A DNA stretch of 27,364 bases from a virus (IMGVR_UViG_3300047408_000180:1-27364); one strand, 5' to 3'. Numbered from the stretch's first letter, positions 19,501 to 26,352 are shown. Notes: generated from the sequence alone by a model not told the origin. Translations and numbers: made by a program.

Positions 19501-21233
19501 GGAACCGTGACCCCCTTCGCGACGCTCGCCTGACGAAACTGCTCGAGCAATTGCCGTGCGGTATCGGCCATCGGCTGCTGAAGAATCTCCTCGTCGCTCA
19601 GCAACTCAGGTCCGCGCAGCATCCCCAGCGCGCCGCCGACGACCGGTGCGTTCGCGATCTGGTTGCGAACTCCCATCAGCGGCGGGTTGGCCTGGTTCTG
19701 CTCGATGGCTCGCCCGACGTTGGACACGGCCGCATTCGGGTCGGCGACCGCGGACGAGATGGCGCCGCCGACATTCTGAGCGGCATTCTTGACCGCGCTG
19801 TCGACTTGCTGGAGACCACCCGCGAGCACACTCGCACCCTGCTCAACGATGTTGGTGGGAGCCGGCGCTGGCCGCGTCCCCTGCGACAACGGCGAGGTGC
19901 CTGGGATGTTCGGGTTGTCGGCCGCGAGACCACCCTGCAGCGGTCCCATCCGCTGCTCCATCTCCGCCGGCGTCATCCATTCCTTGCCGCCACGGAGGTC
20001 AGTCCCGCTCGAGCCGACGTGGAATGCACCAGACGATGGGTCGTACGCGTCCGCGGTGAAGTAATGACCAGGGGTCGACAGCGTGACCGGGTTGCCCGAC
20101 TGCGCTTCTTTTGCGAACGCGGTCCAGTCCGCACCGAGCACGCGATGCGGGATGTTCATCTCGTCGAACAGCTTGCTTTCTGACTGCAAGCCGGCCATGC
20201 CCGTGTCCGCGGTCCAGCCGACGTTCTTCGCCAGGTCGACCGCTTCCCTGAGCGTCGGGTTCCGTCCGAACATCTGTGCAAAACGCACTGCCGCGGCGGG
20301 TCCGCACGCGGAATAGGCTTCGGCGCTGTTGAGCTCGCGGTCGCCGAACTGGCTGAGCGTTGGCAGCACGGCATTGGCGACGGTGCCACGAGCAGTATCG
20401 ACTGCGGTCCCGACCGCGCTCGCCGCGCCGCCCAGGATGTTCCGAACGTAGCGCTGCGTCTCCTCGAACGGCGGCACACCCCCGTACTGGTCGACATTGC
20501 CGGGGCCCGCGTTGTACGCCGCCAGCGCTTTTGCGTAGTCGCCGCCATACTTCTTGAGGTTCTGCGCGTCGAGCTGCGCCGCGGCGTCCAGCGCGGCATA
20601 GGGGTCGGTCGGGTCGATGCCCATGCCCTGCGCGGTCGCGGGCATGAACTGCGCGATCCCGATGGCGCCGGCGCCGGACTTCGCCACAGGATTGAACCCC
20701 GACTCCTGGTCGATCTGCTTGAGAAAGATGTCCGGGTCGATGCCAGCCTTGCGCGCGGCCTGGCGCGCGTAGTCACGCAGGTCCCCACCAGGCGCTACGG
20801 AGGGTCCGACCTGCGACTGAGCGTTCGCACTCGGTCCCGTGGTCTGTGGTGTCTGTACGGTGGCCTGTGCGCTGGTGGGGACCTGCTGCTGCGGCGGCTC
20901 CGGCGCGAGGGTCTGGCCCATGCTCGCGAGCGTGTCCTGTGCGTGCTGCTGGAGCCGGCTGACGATCTCGTTCGGGTCGATCTGGACGTTCTGCAGCGGT
21001 GGCTGATTGGCTTGTTGCGCCGCGTCGAACACGCCCTGCGCGTGCTGCTGCAGTCTCTGGATGATCTCGTTCGGGTCGATCTGCGGAGCAGGGACCTCAA
21101 CCGGGAGCTGCGTGTTCTGGAGCGGCGGCTGGTTGGCTTGCTGGATCGACTGCAGCGCGTCCTGCGCGTGCTGCTTCAGACGATCGGTGACCAGTTGCTG
21201 CGCGTCCTCGAGCGGGATGACGCCCGGCATCAA
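16509..21233 (-). CDS. Large multidomain ejection protein: SLT lytic transglycosylase + C39-like peptidase + ART-like domain
   Basis: SLT motifs QESGFNP..AIGIAQFMPATA..AAYNAGPG..EETQRYV; peptidase motifs SQF..ACGPAAA..GHYF..D; ART-like motifs YHGT..GPGYYVT..GFDGI..VVF. The start may be 21230. Confidence 0.8.
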   Translation of the reverse strand: MMPGVIPLEDAQQLVTDRLKQHAQDALQSIQQANQPPLQNTQLPVEVPAPQIDPNEIIQRLQQHAQGVFDAAQQANQPPLQNVQIDPNEIVSRLQQHAQDTLASMGQTLAPEPPQQQVPTSAQATVQTPQTTGPSANAQSQVGPSVAPGGDLRDYARQAARKAGIDPDIFLKQIDQESGFNPVAKSGAGAIGIAQFMPATAQGMGIDPTDPYAALDAAAQLDAQNLKKYGGDYAKALAAYNAGPGNVDQYGGVPPFEETQRYVRNILGGAASAVGTAVDTARGTVANAVLPTLSQFGDRELNSAEAYSACGPAAAVRFAQMFGRNPTLREAVDLAKNVGWTADTGMAGLQSESKLFDEMNIPHRVLGADWTAFAKEAQSGNPVTLSTPGHYFTADAYDPSSGAFHVGSSGTDLRGGKEWMTPAEMEQRMGPLQGGLAADNPNIPGTSPLSQGTRPAPAPTNIVEQGASVLAGGLQQVDSAVKNAAQNVGGAISSAVADPNAAVSNVGRAIEQNQANPPLMGVRNQIANAPVVGGALGMLRGPELLSDEEILQQPMADTARQLLEQFRQASVAKGVTVPPVTDQDVAGAARTMLEGQAVAMTGRGIGREPLPAEPGAVTPPTAAPAEPASTRMYHGTGASFDRPSNFDPNGLFGPGYYVTSDARVAGGTVAADTGRIGEPGYAQSRSPQLMRLTELQETADELRSVLDGTHAMSGDTAQVAYAQKELPVVEADIARLQTYPATAGANVRAVDLPQNLKLLDMEGPVTDEQIQRIGSALGGSNGQQFVEMASTAGPHAGAGFETGADLYDWLGSAFLHDDKRAMNRVLQQAGFDGITYEGGNRIPMTDAEGSPIQHQATVVFPESLDKIRNAISGRQGGAVDPLLAARLGGTVAGGAAGYATTPEDASPQERIARTAAGAGAGLLATNTAAGFAGAGPLERQVFENLQSLRETRFAPTRPSLPATRGPIAQAVDLTKQSMLSNPATHIANVIGNTIELARQPVALTLGGRGADAVAGVSSVGRALPEAVGAAVSALRGRQLATLERPGGTIGGPGVGGAVKSSVFRALSASDAFTRTLGEYQGMAAEASRLLREAGMSASDPQAETYLARHATDLYREGTRAGAQSVFGRVASTEQGTGVLDNIFRTYSNAKEGLLASPRLRDQAGGALMDFAIPFSGVPVQMLQIGLNRLPVAAQATGAVRAIRALRAGNMGEAQRAVGETGLESMVQLAIAKNVADGNITGPDDPEHPNSVRLNGNWVSMNEWGAYALPMQIMASWADGYEKGGHDVPASTPGTSDAEKLTNYYGPRFAAAFNASLKPFQQGIPGENLIRLVSNISQGGATAGGLGLAQDAINRITVPGAARFVENATDPVARDINRKGVSSLWEGTMANWPGLAQQLPAKIDPTTGEVLNKARSGIGTLVGGQQDVASPLTIEADRLHKAGFTDVVAPKAYPQDVTIGGAKVTLSPDEQRAVTEITGAALDKIAQRMNAPEYQNAPDPRKALMLKAMINSVDAGRVAAVTKVLGTAELRSRVIGGQRTAGQLNQQAAAPDEFSFFNPTSGDLVNTQRALAGSR
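20935..21185 (-). repeat. Intragenic ~3x repeat encoding (QIDPNEI)xxRLxQHAQ...QQANQPPLQN
   Basis: Repeated GATCTCGTTCGGGTCGATCTG and TG(C/T)GCGTGCTGCT blocks on the + strand. Confidence 0.7.
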
Positions 21234-21262
21234 CCAGACCTCAACCAGTGGTCGCTATAAGC

Positions 21263-21298
21263 ATGATGCTCCAGGTAGTGTGGTCCCTGGAGCATCAT
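21263..21298. promoter_or_regulatory. Perfect 13-bp inverted repeat (hairpin or operator)
   Basis: ATGATGCTCCAGG (21263-21275) / CCTGGAGCATCAT (21286-21298), 10-nt loop, in an intergenic gap. Confidence 0.55.
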
Positions 21299-21322
21299 CA
21301 CCCCGATCGTTGGAGGATCGAG

Positions 21323-21454
21323 ATGCCCGAGGATCTTAGCGCCCTCCAGGCGCAAGTGAAGAAGCTCGAGTCGCGGCTCGCCATCTGCTACGTAGCCCTG
21401 ATGTTCTGCGGCGCCGCCCTGCTGGGCTTCGTCATTCACGACTTACATCCCTGA
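21323..21454 (+). CDS. Small antisense-oriented coiled-coil + TM protein (43 aa)
   Basis: GGAGG 6 nt before the ATG; MPEDLSALQAQVKKLESRLAICYVALMFCGAALLGFVIHDLHP; fills the gap between two - strand genes. Confidence 0.6.
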   Translation: MPEDLSALQAQVKKLESRLAICYVALMFCGAALLGFVIHDLHP

Positions 21455-21952
21455 CGGCGGCAGCGGCTGACCGTTAGGCCCCAGAATGACGGGCGGAGCC
21501 GGCGCAGGTACAGGTGGGGGAGCAAGAGGAAGGGCCGGCGCCGCGGATAACGCCGGCGGAATGGGCATTGCTGCTACTGGTGGTGGCGGCGCCGCTGGTA
21601 ATCCTTGCGGTGGTGCTCCTGACGCGCTCGCCATAGCCGCGTTCGCGAATGCGTTCGGGTCGGACGGCGGCGGAGAGCCTGGTGGCGGAGTGGTCACACC
21701 CAGACGGTCGGTGACCTTCTCGAACTGAACCGGGTCGCGCCTCGCCTCGGCCTGCAGCCAGGCGCGGTCCCCGCTCTGGTACTTCGAGCGAACCAGGTCG
21801 TCGAGCTGCTGGTTGGACACCTGGGACATGTCCGGGTGGTTGGCGTTGTCGCCGAAGACGCCCTGCGCGATGTTGGGCGCGTCGCGTGAAATCTCCGAAG
21901 CGATCTCGTTCTTGAGCTGCAGGATCTCGTTCTGCTTCGGAGACGTGGCCAT
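21443..21952 (-). CDS. Hypothetical protein with Pro-rich C-terminus
   Basis: True start is likely the ATG at 21952 (TGATG with the portal stop): MATSPKQNEILQ...; 169 aa. Confidence 0.65.
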   Translation of the reverse strand: MATSPKQNEILQLKNEIASEISRDAPNIAQGVFGDNANHPDMSQVSNQQLDDLVRSKYQSGDRAWLQAEARRDPVQFEKVTDRLGVTTPPPGSPPPSDPNAFANAAMASASGAPPQGLPAAPPPPVAAMPIPPALSAAPALPLAPPPVPAPAPPVILGPNGQPLPPSGM

Positions 21953-23976
21953 CACTGACCACCTGGTGCGGCTGCGCCCTGCGGACCGTAGGCTACGCCG
22001 CCCGGCGGCATGGTGCCGCCTGGTTGCTGCGCTCCACCAATGACCTGCGGATAGCCGGGCGGGCCGACGCCAGCCCCATTGGGGGCAGCAGCCAACGCCG
22101 CTAAGTCTGGAACCCCGCCCGCACCGGGCCCGCCACCCTCGAACACGCCAGGTTGTGGCGTGCCCGACGGTAACGCGGGATTGTTCGCAGGCAGGTTGCC
22201 AGCGAGCGCGCGCTGTTCCATCTCCTGCGCTTTTTGGAGCATGTCGCCGCGGCCGGCTTCCATGAACACTTCCGCGTCCAGCCATTTCTGGTACTCGGGT
22301 GATGCGCGGATGCGGTCCCTGGCGATGCTGCGTCGGATCTCGTCGGGGTTGTCGCCCAGATAGGTGACCGCCTCATCCTTCCCATAGGTGCCGGCTGCCA
22401 ACCGCTCGTGGGCGTAGCGAGCCATGATCATCTCGTCGGTCGGGAGCTGGGCCTGGACTTCCCACTTGATGCGCATGGGCCGCTCGAGGTCCGACGGGCC
22501 GAAGCCGATGAACTCGGCGACCGCGGTCCCTGAGCCGACGTCGACGCCACCTGAGAAAACCCAGACCTTCTCTTTGGCGCGGTCGCGGATCAGGGTCCAT
22601 AGCTTTTCGGTCTGGCCTTTGAGCAGACTCTCGATGCCGTGCCTGATGGGACCGACGCGCGTGCGGGAGTAGGACAGCACCTGGCTGATGGCGAAGCCGG
22701 CGCCTTCCATGCCACTCAGCGTGGTGACGCGCGGCGACTCAAGGTCGCGAATGGCGCCGTCGATCAGCGCCATGTGTTTTTCCAGCGTGGCCGCGTCGGG
22801 ATACTGGATGCGCTGCAGTTGCCGACCTGGCGGCAGGTTCAGGATCTCGCCAGGGTGAACCGTGGGGTCGGTCTCTTTGGGTTTGCCGTCGTCACCGATG
22901 ATGGCCGAGGCCGGCGTATCGCCATAGGTGACCAGGGGGGAGAGAAGGTCCCTGGCCACATATTGCGCGTGCATTGCACGCAGGTATTGACGGTACTGGA
23001 CGAGCCAGAGCTTGGTGCGACCGATGCCCCAGCCTACTTTGCGGTTGCGCCACCAGTTCATGGTCAAGCCTGGCGCGTAGTCGTAGGGGACGCCGAACGG
23101 GTATTTGTGTTTGAACTGCTTGACGATGTACCCGGTGGGGTCGCCCTTCATGTTCTGGCCGCAGATCGCGTATGACACGAAGGTCTCATCCCAGTGCTCG
23201 AGGAAGGTGACGGTAGCGAGCATGTTGCGGCTGGCTTCGATGACGTTTTGCGACTGGCCCAGTTCCTCAGGGACGATGTTGCCCTGCGAGTCGTAGCCGA
23301 GGCGGTAGCGCCGGAACGCTGAGCGCATCGGCATCTGGGACACTTCCAGGACCTCGGTGAGCTTGCCGCCCGAGCGCTGCGGGTACACAGACCTCGGGTC
23401 GACGTAGCTCCAGACGAACGGCGGACCCGCGCGCTTCTTGGCTTCTTCGGTCTGCTTGTCGTAGGCGGTGTAGTCCGCGGTGCTCGACGACGGGTCCTTG
23501 CTCGGGTCCTTGAGACCGTAGCGTTCGGACCACAGGTCGCTGGCCCACATAATCTTGGCCCAGCCGCCGCCATCGTTCAGCGTGGCATCGGTGACCTGGG
23601 TCATGGTGTCCGAGCCCGGCTCGCGCGTGCCGCATTCCCAGAGCGTTTCCTCAGTGAAGTGCTCGAGTTTGGACGCTACGGTCTGTGCGGTGTCGCCCTC
23701 GCCACCGACGATGGACAACTTGGGACGCTCGAGCGTCAGGATGGCGGTCTGCTGGAACGCCTCTTCGGTAATGTCCGGGTCCCGCGGGTCAACGTGGACC
23801 AGGATGTAGTCCTTGTCGGCTTCCGACAGCGCTGGCTTTCTCATCTCGCGCTGCTCGCGGACCAGGTCGATGTCAGAATCTTGCTGCAGGTACAGGTCGC
23901 CGAGTTCGGTCTGCAGCGAGGTCAGGTACTCAGAATCGGGTGCCTTGAGTTCCTTCTTGGAGCGATCAATCGGCAT
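21952..23976 (-). CDS. Portal protein
   Basis: 674 aa; size, position downstream of terL, VDPRSVYP motif, helical core and Gly/Pro-rich tail are consistent with podovirus portals. Confidence 0.75.
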   Translation of the reverse strand: MPIDRSKKELKAPDSEYLTSLQTELGDLYLQQDSDIDLVREQREMRKPALSEADKDYILVHVDPRDPDITEEAFQQTAILTLERPKLSIVGGEGDTAQTVASKLEHFTEETLWECGTREPGSDTMTQVTDATLNDGGGWAKIMWASDLWSERYGLKDPSKDPSSSTADYTAYDKQTEEAKKRAGPPFVWSYVDPRSVYPQRSGGKLTEVLEVSQMPMRSAFRRYRLGYDSQGNIVPEELGQSQNVIEASRNMLATVTFLEHWDETFVSYAICGQNMKGDPTGYIVKQFKHKYPFGVPYDYAPGLTMNWWRNRKVGWGIGRTKLWLVQYRQYLRAMHAQYVARDLLSPLVTYGDTPASAIIGDDGKPKETDPTVHPGEILNLPPGRQLQRIQYPDAATLEKHMALIDGAIRDLESPRVTTLSGMEGAGFAISQVLSYSRTRVGPIRHGIESLLKGQTEKLWTLIRDRAKEKVWVFSGGVDVGSGTAVAEFIGFGPSDLERPMRIKWEVQAQLPTDEMIMARYAHERLAAGTYGKDEAVTYLGDNPDEIRRSIARDRIRASPEYQKWLDAEVFMEAGRGDMLQKAQEMEQRALAGNLPANNPALPSGTPQPGVFEGGGPGAGGVPDLAALAAAPNGAGVGPPGYPQVIGGAQQPGGTMPPGGVAYGPQGAAAPGGQ

Positions 23977-24157
23977 CGGCAGGACCGCTCAGACAGTCGT
24001 GGCCGCGGTACGCCACCAGCTCGTCATGGGTGCGGCAGAGCAGTCGTTGGCACAGTGGGCAGTACGTCTCTGCCTCGGCCGTGCAGTCTTGCTGCTCGCA
24101 CACGCTGCCCGCGAGTGTAACGCTATCCGTGAAACATGACGTTTCACGAGCCGGCAT
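23966..24157 (-). CDS. Small zinc-finger protein (B-box/AN1-like C-x4-C...CxxC...CxxH...HxC)
   Basis: CEQQDC...YCPLCQRLLCRTH...HDC; start uncertain. Confidence 0.55.
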   Translation of the reverse strand: MPARETSCFTDSVTLAGSVCEQQDCTAEAETYCPLCQRLLCRTHDELVAYRGHDCLSGPADAD

Positions 24158-24158
24158 C

Positions 24159-24791
24159 TCAACTACCCTGCTGCACGTATCGCTGCCAGACGGTGTACAG
24201 AGAACGAGATGGTCTCAGCACGGTTGGGGTTCGGTCGAGATGGTGGCCCGTCACCGTGAGAAAGCGTCGCTGGGTGTACATCTCGACCCAGTCCCTTCTC
24301 CGTCTCCCCTCCGGCAGCGTGCCTCTGAGAAAAATGCGATAGCCGTCGCCACCTGGAGACAGTTCGGTGTAGCTGTCGAGCTGGTCGATGATCCACGCCG
24401 CGTCGCGTTTGTGCTCGGCGACGTGGTCCAGATCGACCCCGACGATGCCCCAGCGGATATCGAGCGCGAAGCTCACGCCATCGTAGGGACGGCCGCCACC
24501 CGTCGGACGGTGCTGCGAGCGGTACGCCTCCAGGCAGTCAGAGTAGGGAAGCCAGGTGTTGCTGTCGCTGGGCTCGGATCGCTCGCCTGTAACGGGGTTG
24601 TACGGTGGCTTGCTCCAGCGATCGTGGTCGTTCTGGTAGCGCCAGCAGGCCCAGGCGTCATGGTGGCGCAACTCGAGCGGGATCTGCTGCGACTGGACCT
24701 TGAGCGCACCATCGGCCGGTGGTGCCTTTTGCGGCGCGCGTGTCGAGTCGACCTGAGCCTGCAGCCACCGCGGGAGTGCAGGCTTAGTCAT
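24159..24791 (-). CDS. Stand-alone primase-polymerase (AEP, NrS-1-type N-terminal) domain protein
   Basis: IP.EL...W..W...KPPY.P, GVDLDH, YTELSPGGDGYRIF and EMY...RFLTVTG motifs; no helicase domain. Confidence 0.75.
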   Translation of the reverse strand: MTKPALPRWLQAQVDSTRAPQKAPPADGALKVQSQQIPLELRHHDAWACWRYQNDHDRWSKPPYNPVTGERSEPSDSNTWLPYSDCLEAYRSQHRPTGGGRPYDGVSFALDIRWGIVGVDLDHVAEHKRDAAWIIDQLDSYTELSPGGDGYRIFLRGTLPEGRRRRDWVEMYTQRRFLTVTGHHLDRTPTVLRPSRSLYTVWQRYVQQGS

Positions 24792-25016
24792 GCCGTGCCT
24801 CGCCTAGCCAGACCCCGCCCCGCCAGACCATGCCCGGCCCTACCGCGCATCGCCCCGCCGTACCGTGACCAACCTAGCCTTGTCATGCCCGTCCAGACCT
24901 GACCTGACCTAGCCTAGCCGCGCCGAGCCCTGCTCGACCTTGCCATGCCGCGCCCCACCGCGCATCGCCGAGCATCACCGCACCCCGCCCTGCCAGACCA
25001 AACCTCGCCCTGCCAC
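24792..25016 (-). repeat. Phased pentamer array B, (NN-GGY)x45; candidate guide ncRNA
   Basis: The + strand parses as 45 consecutive pentamers without indels; 38 begin with RCC (GGY on -) and the other 7 differ by one base; NN is variable; fills the intergenic gap. Confidence 0.9.
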
Positions 25017-25024
25017 ATCAAGTC

Positions 25025-25495
25025 TTAGAGTTTCCCGTCAGCGCGAAGCACGGACTCGATGCGCTGAATCCGTTGCTCGTGCGCCATCGTGATGCTGGCC
25101 AACGCCATGTTGATCCGGTTCTGACGATCGAAGAACTCGAGTTCCGCTGGCTGCAGGTTGGCCAGATCGGTCGATCTGGCCACTTCAAGCATCCGTGTCA
25201 TCTGTCGGCGTGCTCGGTGCTTGTGGTCGTCCGCCACGTGAATATGCTCGTTGGCGTCGATCACCCGATAGCCTATCTTCGGAACCGCGACCAGCCAACG
25301 GAGGCGTAGGTTTCCCAACTCACGCCTGGCCCGGTAGATCGGACTGCGGTGTAACTCGAACCGCCGACCCAGCACCGTCGTCAACTCTTCGTACGTGACG
25401 ACCCTTCCATAGTCCGCATCATCGAGCAGTTCGTCATAAATCTTGCGCCACTCCGGCTTATCGTCGAGCGGCTGGAACGCTTTGGCCACGTCCAT
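25025..25495 (-). CDS. Accessory protein, predicted winged-helix + coiled-coil
   Basis: G.VVTYEEL...IYRARREL...LVAVPKIGYRV resembles a wHTH with wing; helical C-terminus. Start is ATG 25495 or GTG 25489, overlapping the upstream gene end. Confidence 0.65.
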   Translation of the reverse strand: MDVAKAFQPLDDKPEWRKIYDELLDDADYGRVVTYEELTTVLGRRFELHRSPIYRARRELGNLRLRWLVAVPKIGYRVIDANEHIHVADDHKHRARRQMTRMLEVARSTDLANLQPAELEFFDRQNRINMALASITMAHEQRIQRIESVLRADGKL

Positions 25496-26096
25496 TGCTC
25501 CCATGCAAGACTTCTGCACGTGTCGCGTTGGCAACGACCACCGCGGCGAAGCGTCCATACCCAATCGCGCGCGCGTCACCCAATCCGATACGCCCCGCGC
25601 GCTCCGCCACATTGGTCAACTCGTCGAGGTTCCAGATTGCTTCGTCCATCTCAGCATCGAACTCGAGTCGCCAGCGCCGGAAGATCGGGCGCATTCGCAT
25701 GACGCGCTGTCGCATCACCACCACCGGCAGGCGCGAGCGGAACTCAGGTCGCGCATACAACTCGTCGAGCGCCCGCGGACCGTCGTACTCCAGTGGAATG
25801 CGGTCAGTGCCGATGGCGATGCCCTGGCGTACCGCCTTGCCCTTCTTGATGGCCGTGCCGGCGTCCACGAGGCATCGGATGACGCTCGCGGCAGGCATGT
25901 AGATACCGATGTCCTGGGCGTGGTAGAGACCACCGAACCACTCGAGCCGGTCGCGTTCCGCCTCGTCGGCCTCCGTTTTCTTCCGTTTCGCGTTGATGAC
26001 CGCGATCTCGCGGGAAATGTCGTCCGTTTTATCGATGAGTCGTGGATTGTGCTGCAGTAAGCCGGTTGTGCCGTCAAAGGCAAAAGCTAATTGCAC
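25458..26096 (-). CDS. Solo RAMP/Cas7-like RNA-binding protein (Vipr-like)
   Basis: N-terminal strand + G..GLLQHN; YMPAASVIRCL (cf. RAMP hPxSShKGxh); R.RP.F..W.L.F; C-terminal G-loop GRIGLGDARAIGYGRF; AAGGAGAG SD before the GTG. Confidence 0.75.
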   Translation of the reverse strand: MQLAFAFDGTTGLLQHNPRLIDKTDDISREIAVINAKRKKTEADEAERDRLEWFGGLYHAQDIGIYMPAASVIRCLVDAGTAIKKGKAVRQGIAIGTDRIPLEYDGPRALDELYARPEFRSRLPVVVMRQRVMRMRPIFRRWRLEFDAEMDEAIWNLDELTNVAERAGRIGLGDARAIGYGRFAAVVVANATRAEVLHGSNGRGQSVPAARR

Positions 26097-26135
26097 AGTT
26101 CTGACTCTCCTTTCCCAAAGTGTTGTGATCTCCTC

Positions 26136-26340
26136 GCCTTGCCGGACCGTGCCAGGCCAGACCGTGCCAAGACCCGCCAGAACTCACCTCGCCTAGCCAT
26201 GCCAGACCCCGCCGAGCCGGACCGAGCAATGCCGTGCCAGGCCCTGACCAGCCGGGCTAGACCCCGCCCAACCGCGCCATGCCACGCCGTTCCTCAGCTC
26301 GCCTGACCTGGCCCCGCCAAACCGTGCAACGACCCGCCTT
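26136..26340 (-). repeat. Phased pentamer array A, (NN-GGY)x41; candidate guide ncRNA
   Basis: 41 consecutive in-phase pentamers, 32 beginning with RCC on +; variable NN; lies between the terL stop and the RAMP-like gene leader. Confidence 0.9.
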
Positions 26341-26352
26341 GTCCACTTCACG

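Noticed and set aside
21230-21439. 69-aa - strand ORF
   Set aside because: No evident RBS or protein-like features; the opposite-strand 43-aa ORF has a clear SD and TM helix. Not fully excluded.
3533-24139. Numerous long + strand ORFs (e.g. 4447..5460, 6507..7514, 10349..11476, 16503..17411)
   Set aside because: They are antisense shadows expected in high-GC coding DNA; the - strand genes are coupled and carry recognisable motifs.
24030-24902. 290-aa + strand ORF running into array B
   Set aside because: It is an antisense shadow of the prim-pol gene plus repeat-derived PRLARPRP sequence.
25496-25612. N-terminal extension of the accessory ORF in the ORF track (start 25612)
   Set aside because: It would overlap the conserved G-loop of the RAMP-like gene; starts at 25495 or 25489 near GGGAG are more plausible.
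24792-26340. Calling the arrays a CRISPR array or an ordinary microsatellite
   Set aside because: There are no 23-50-nt direct repeats with unique spacers. The units are 5 nt with a constant 3-mer and a variable 2-mer, and they are not homogenised as slippage repeats would be.
26136-26340. Reading the NN strings as codon positions 1-2 of a protein, or as a self-target in this window
   Set aside because: I could not identify a convincing match by eye; this needs a computational gapped search, so no target is claimed.
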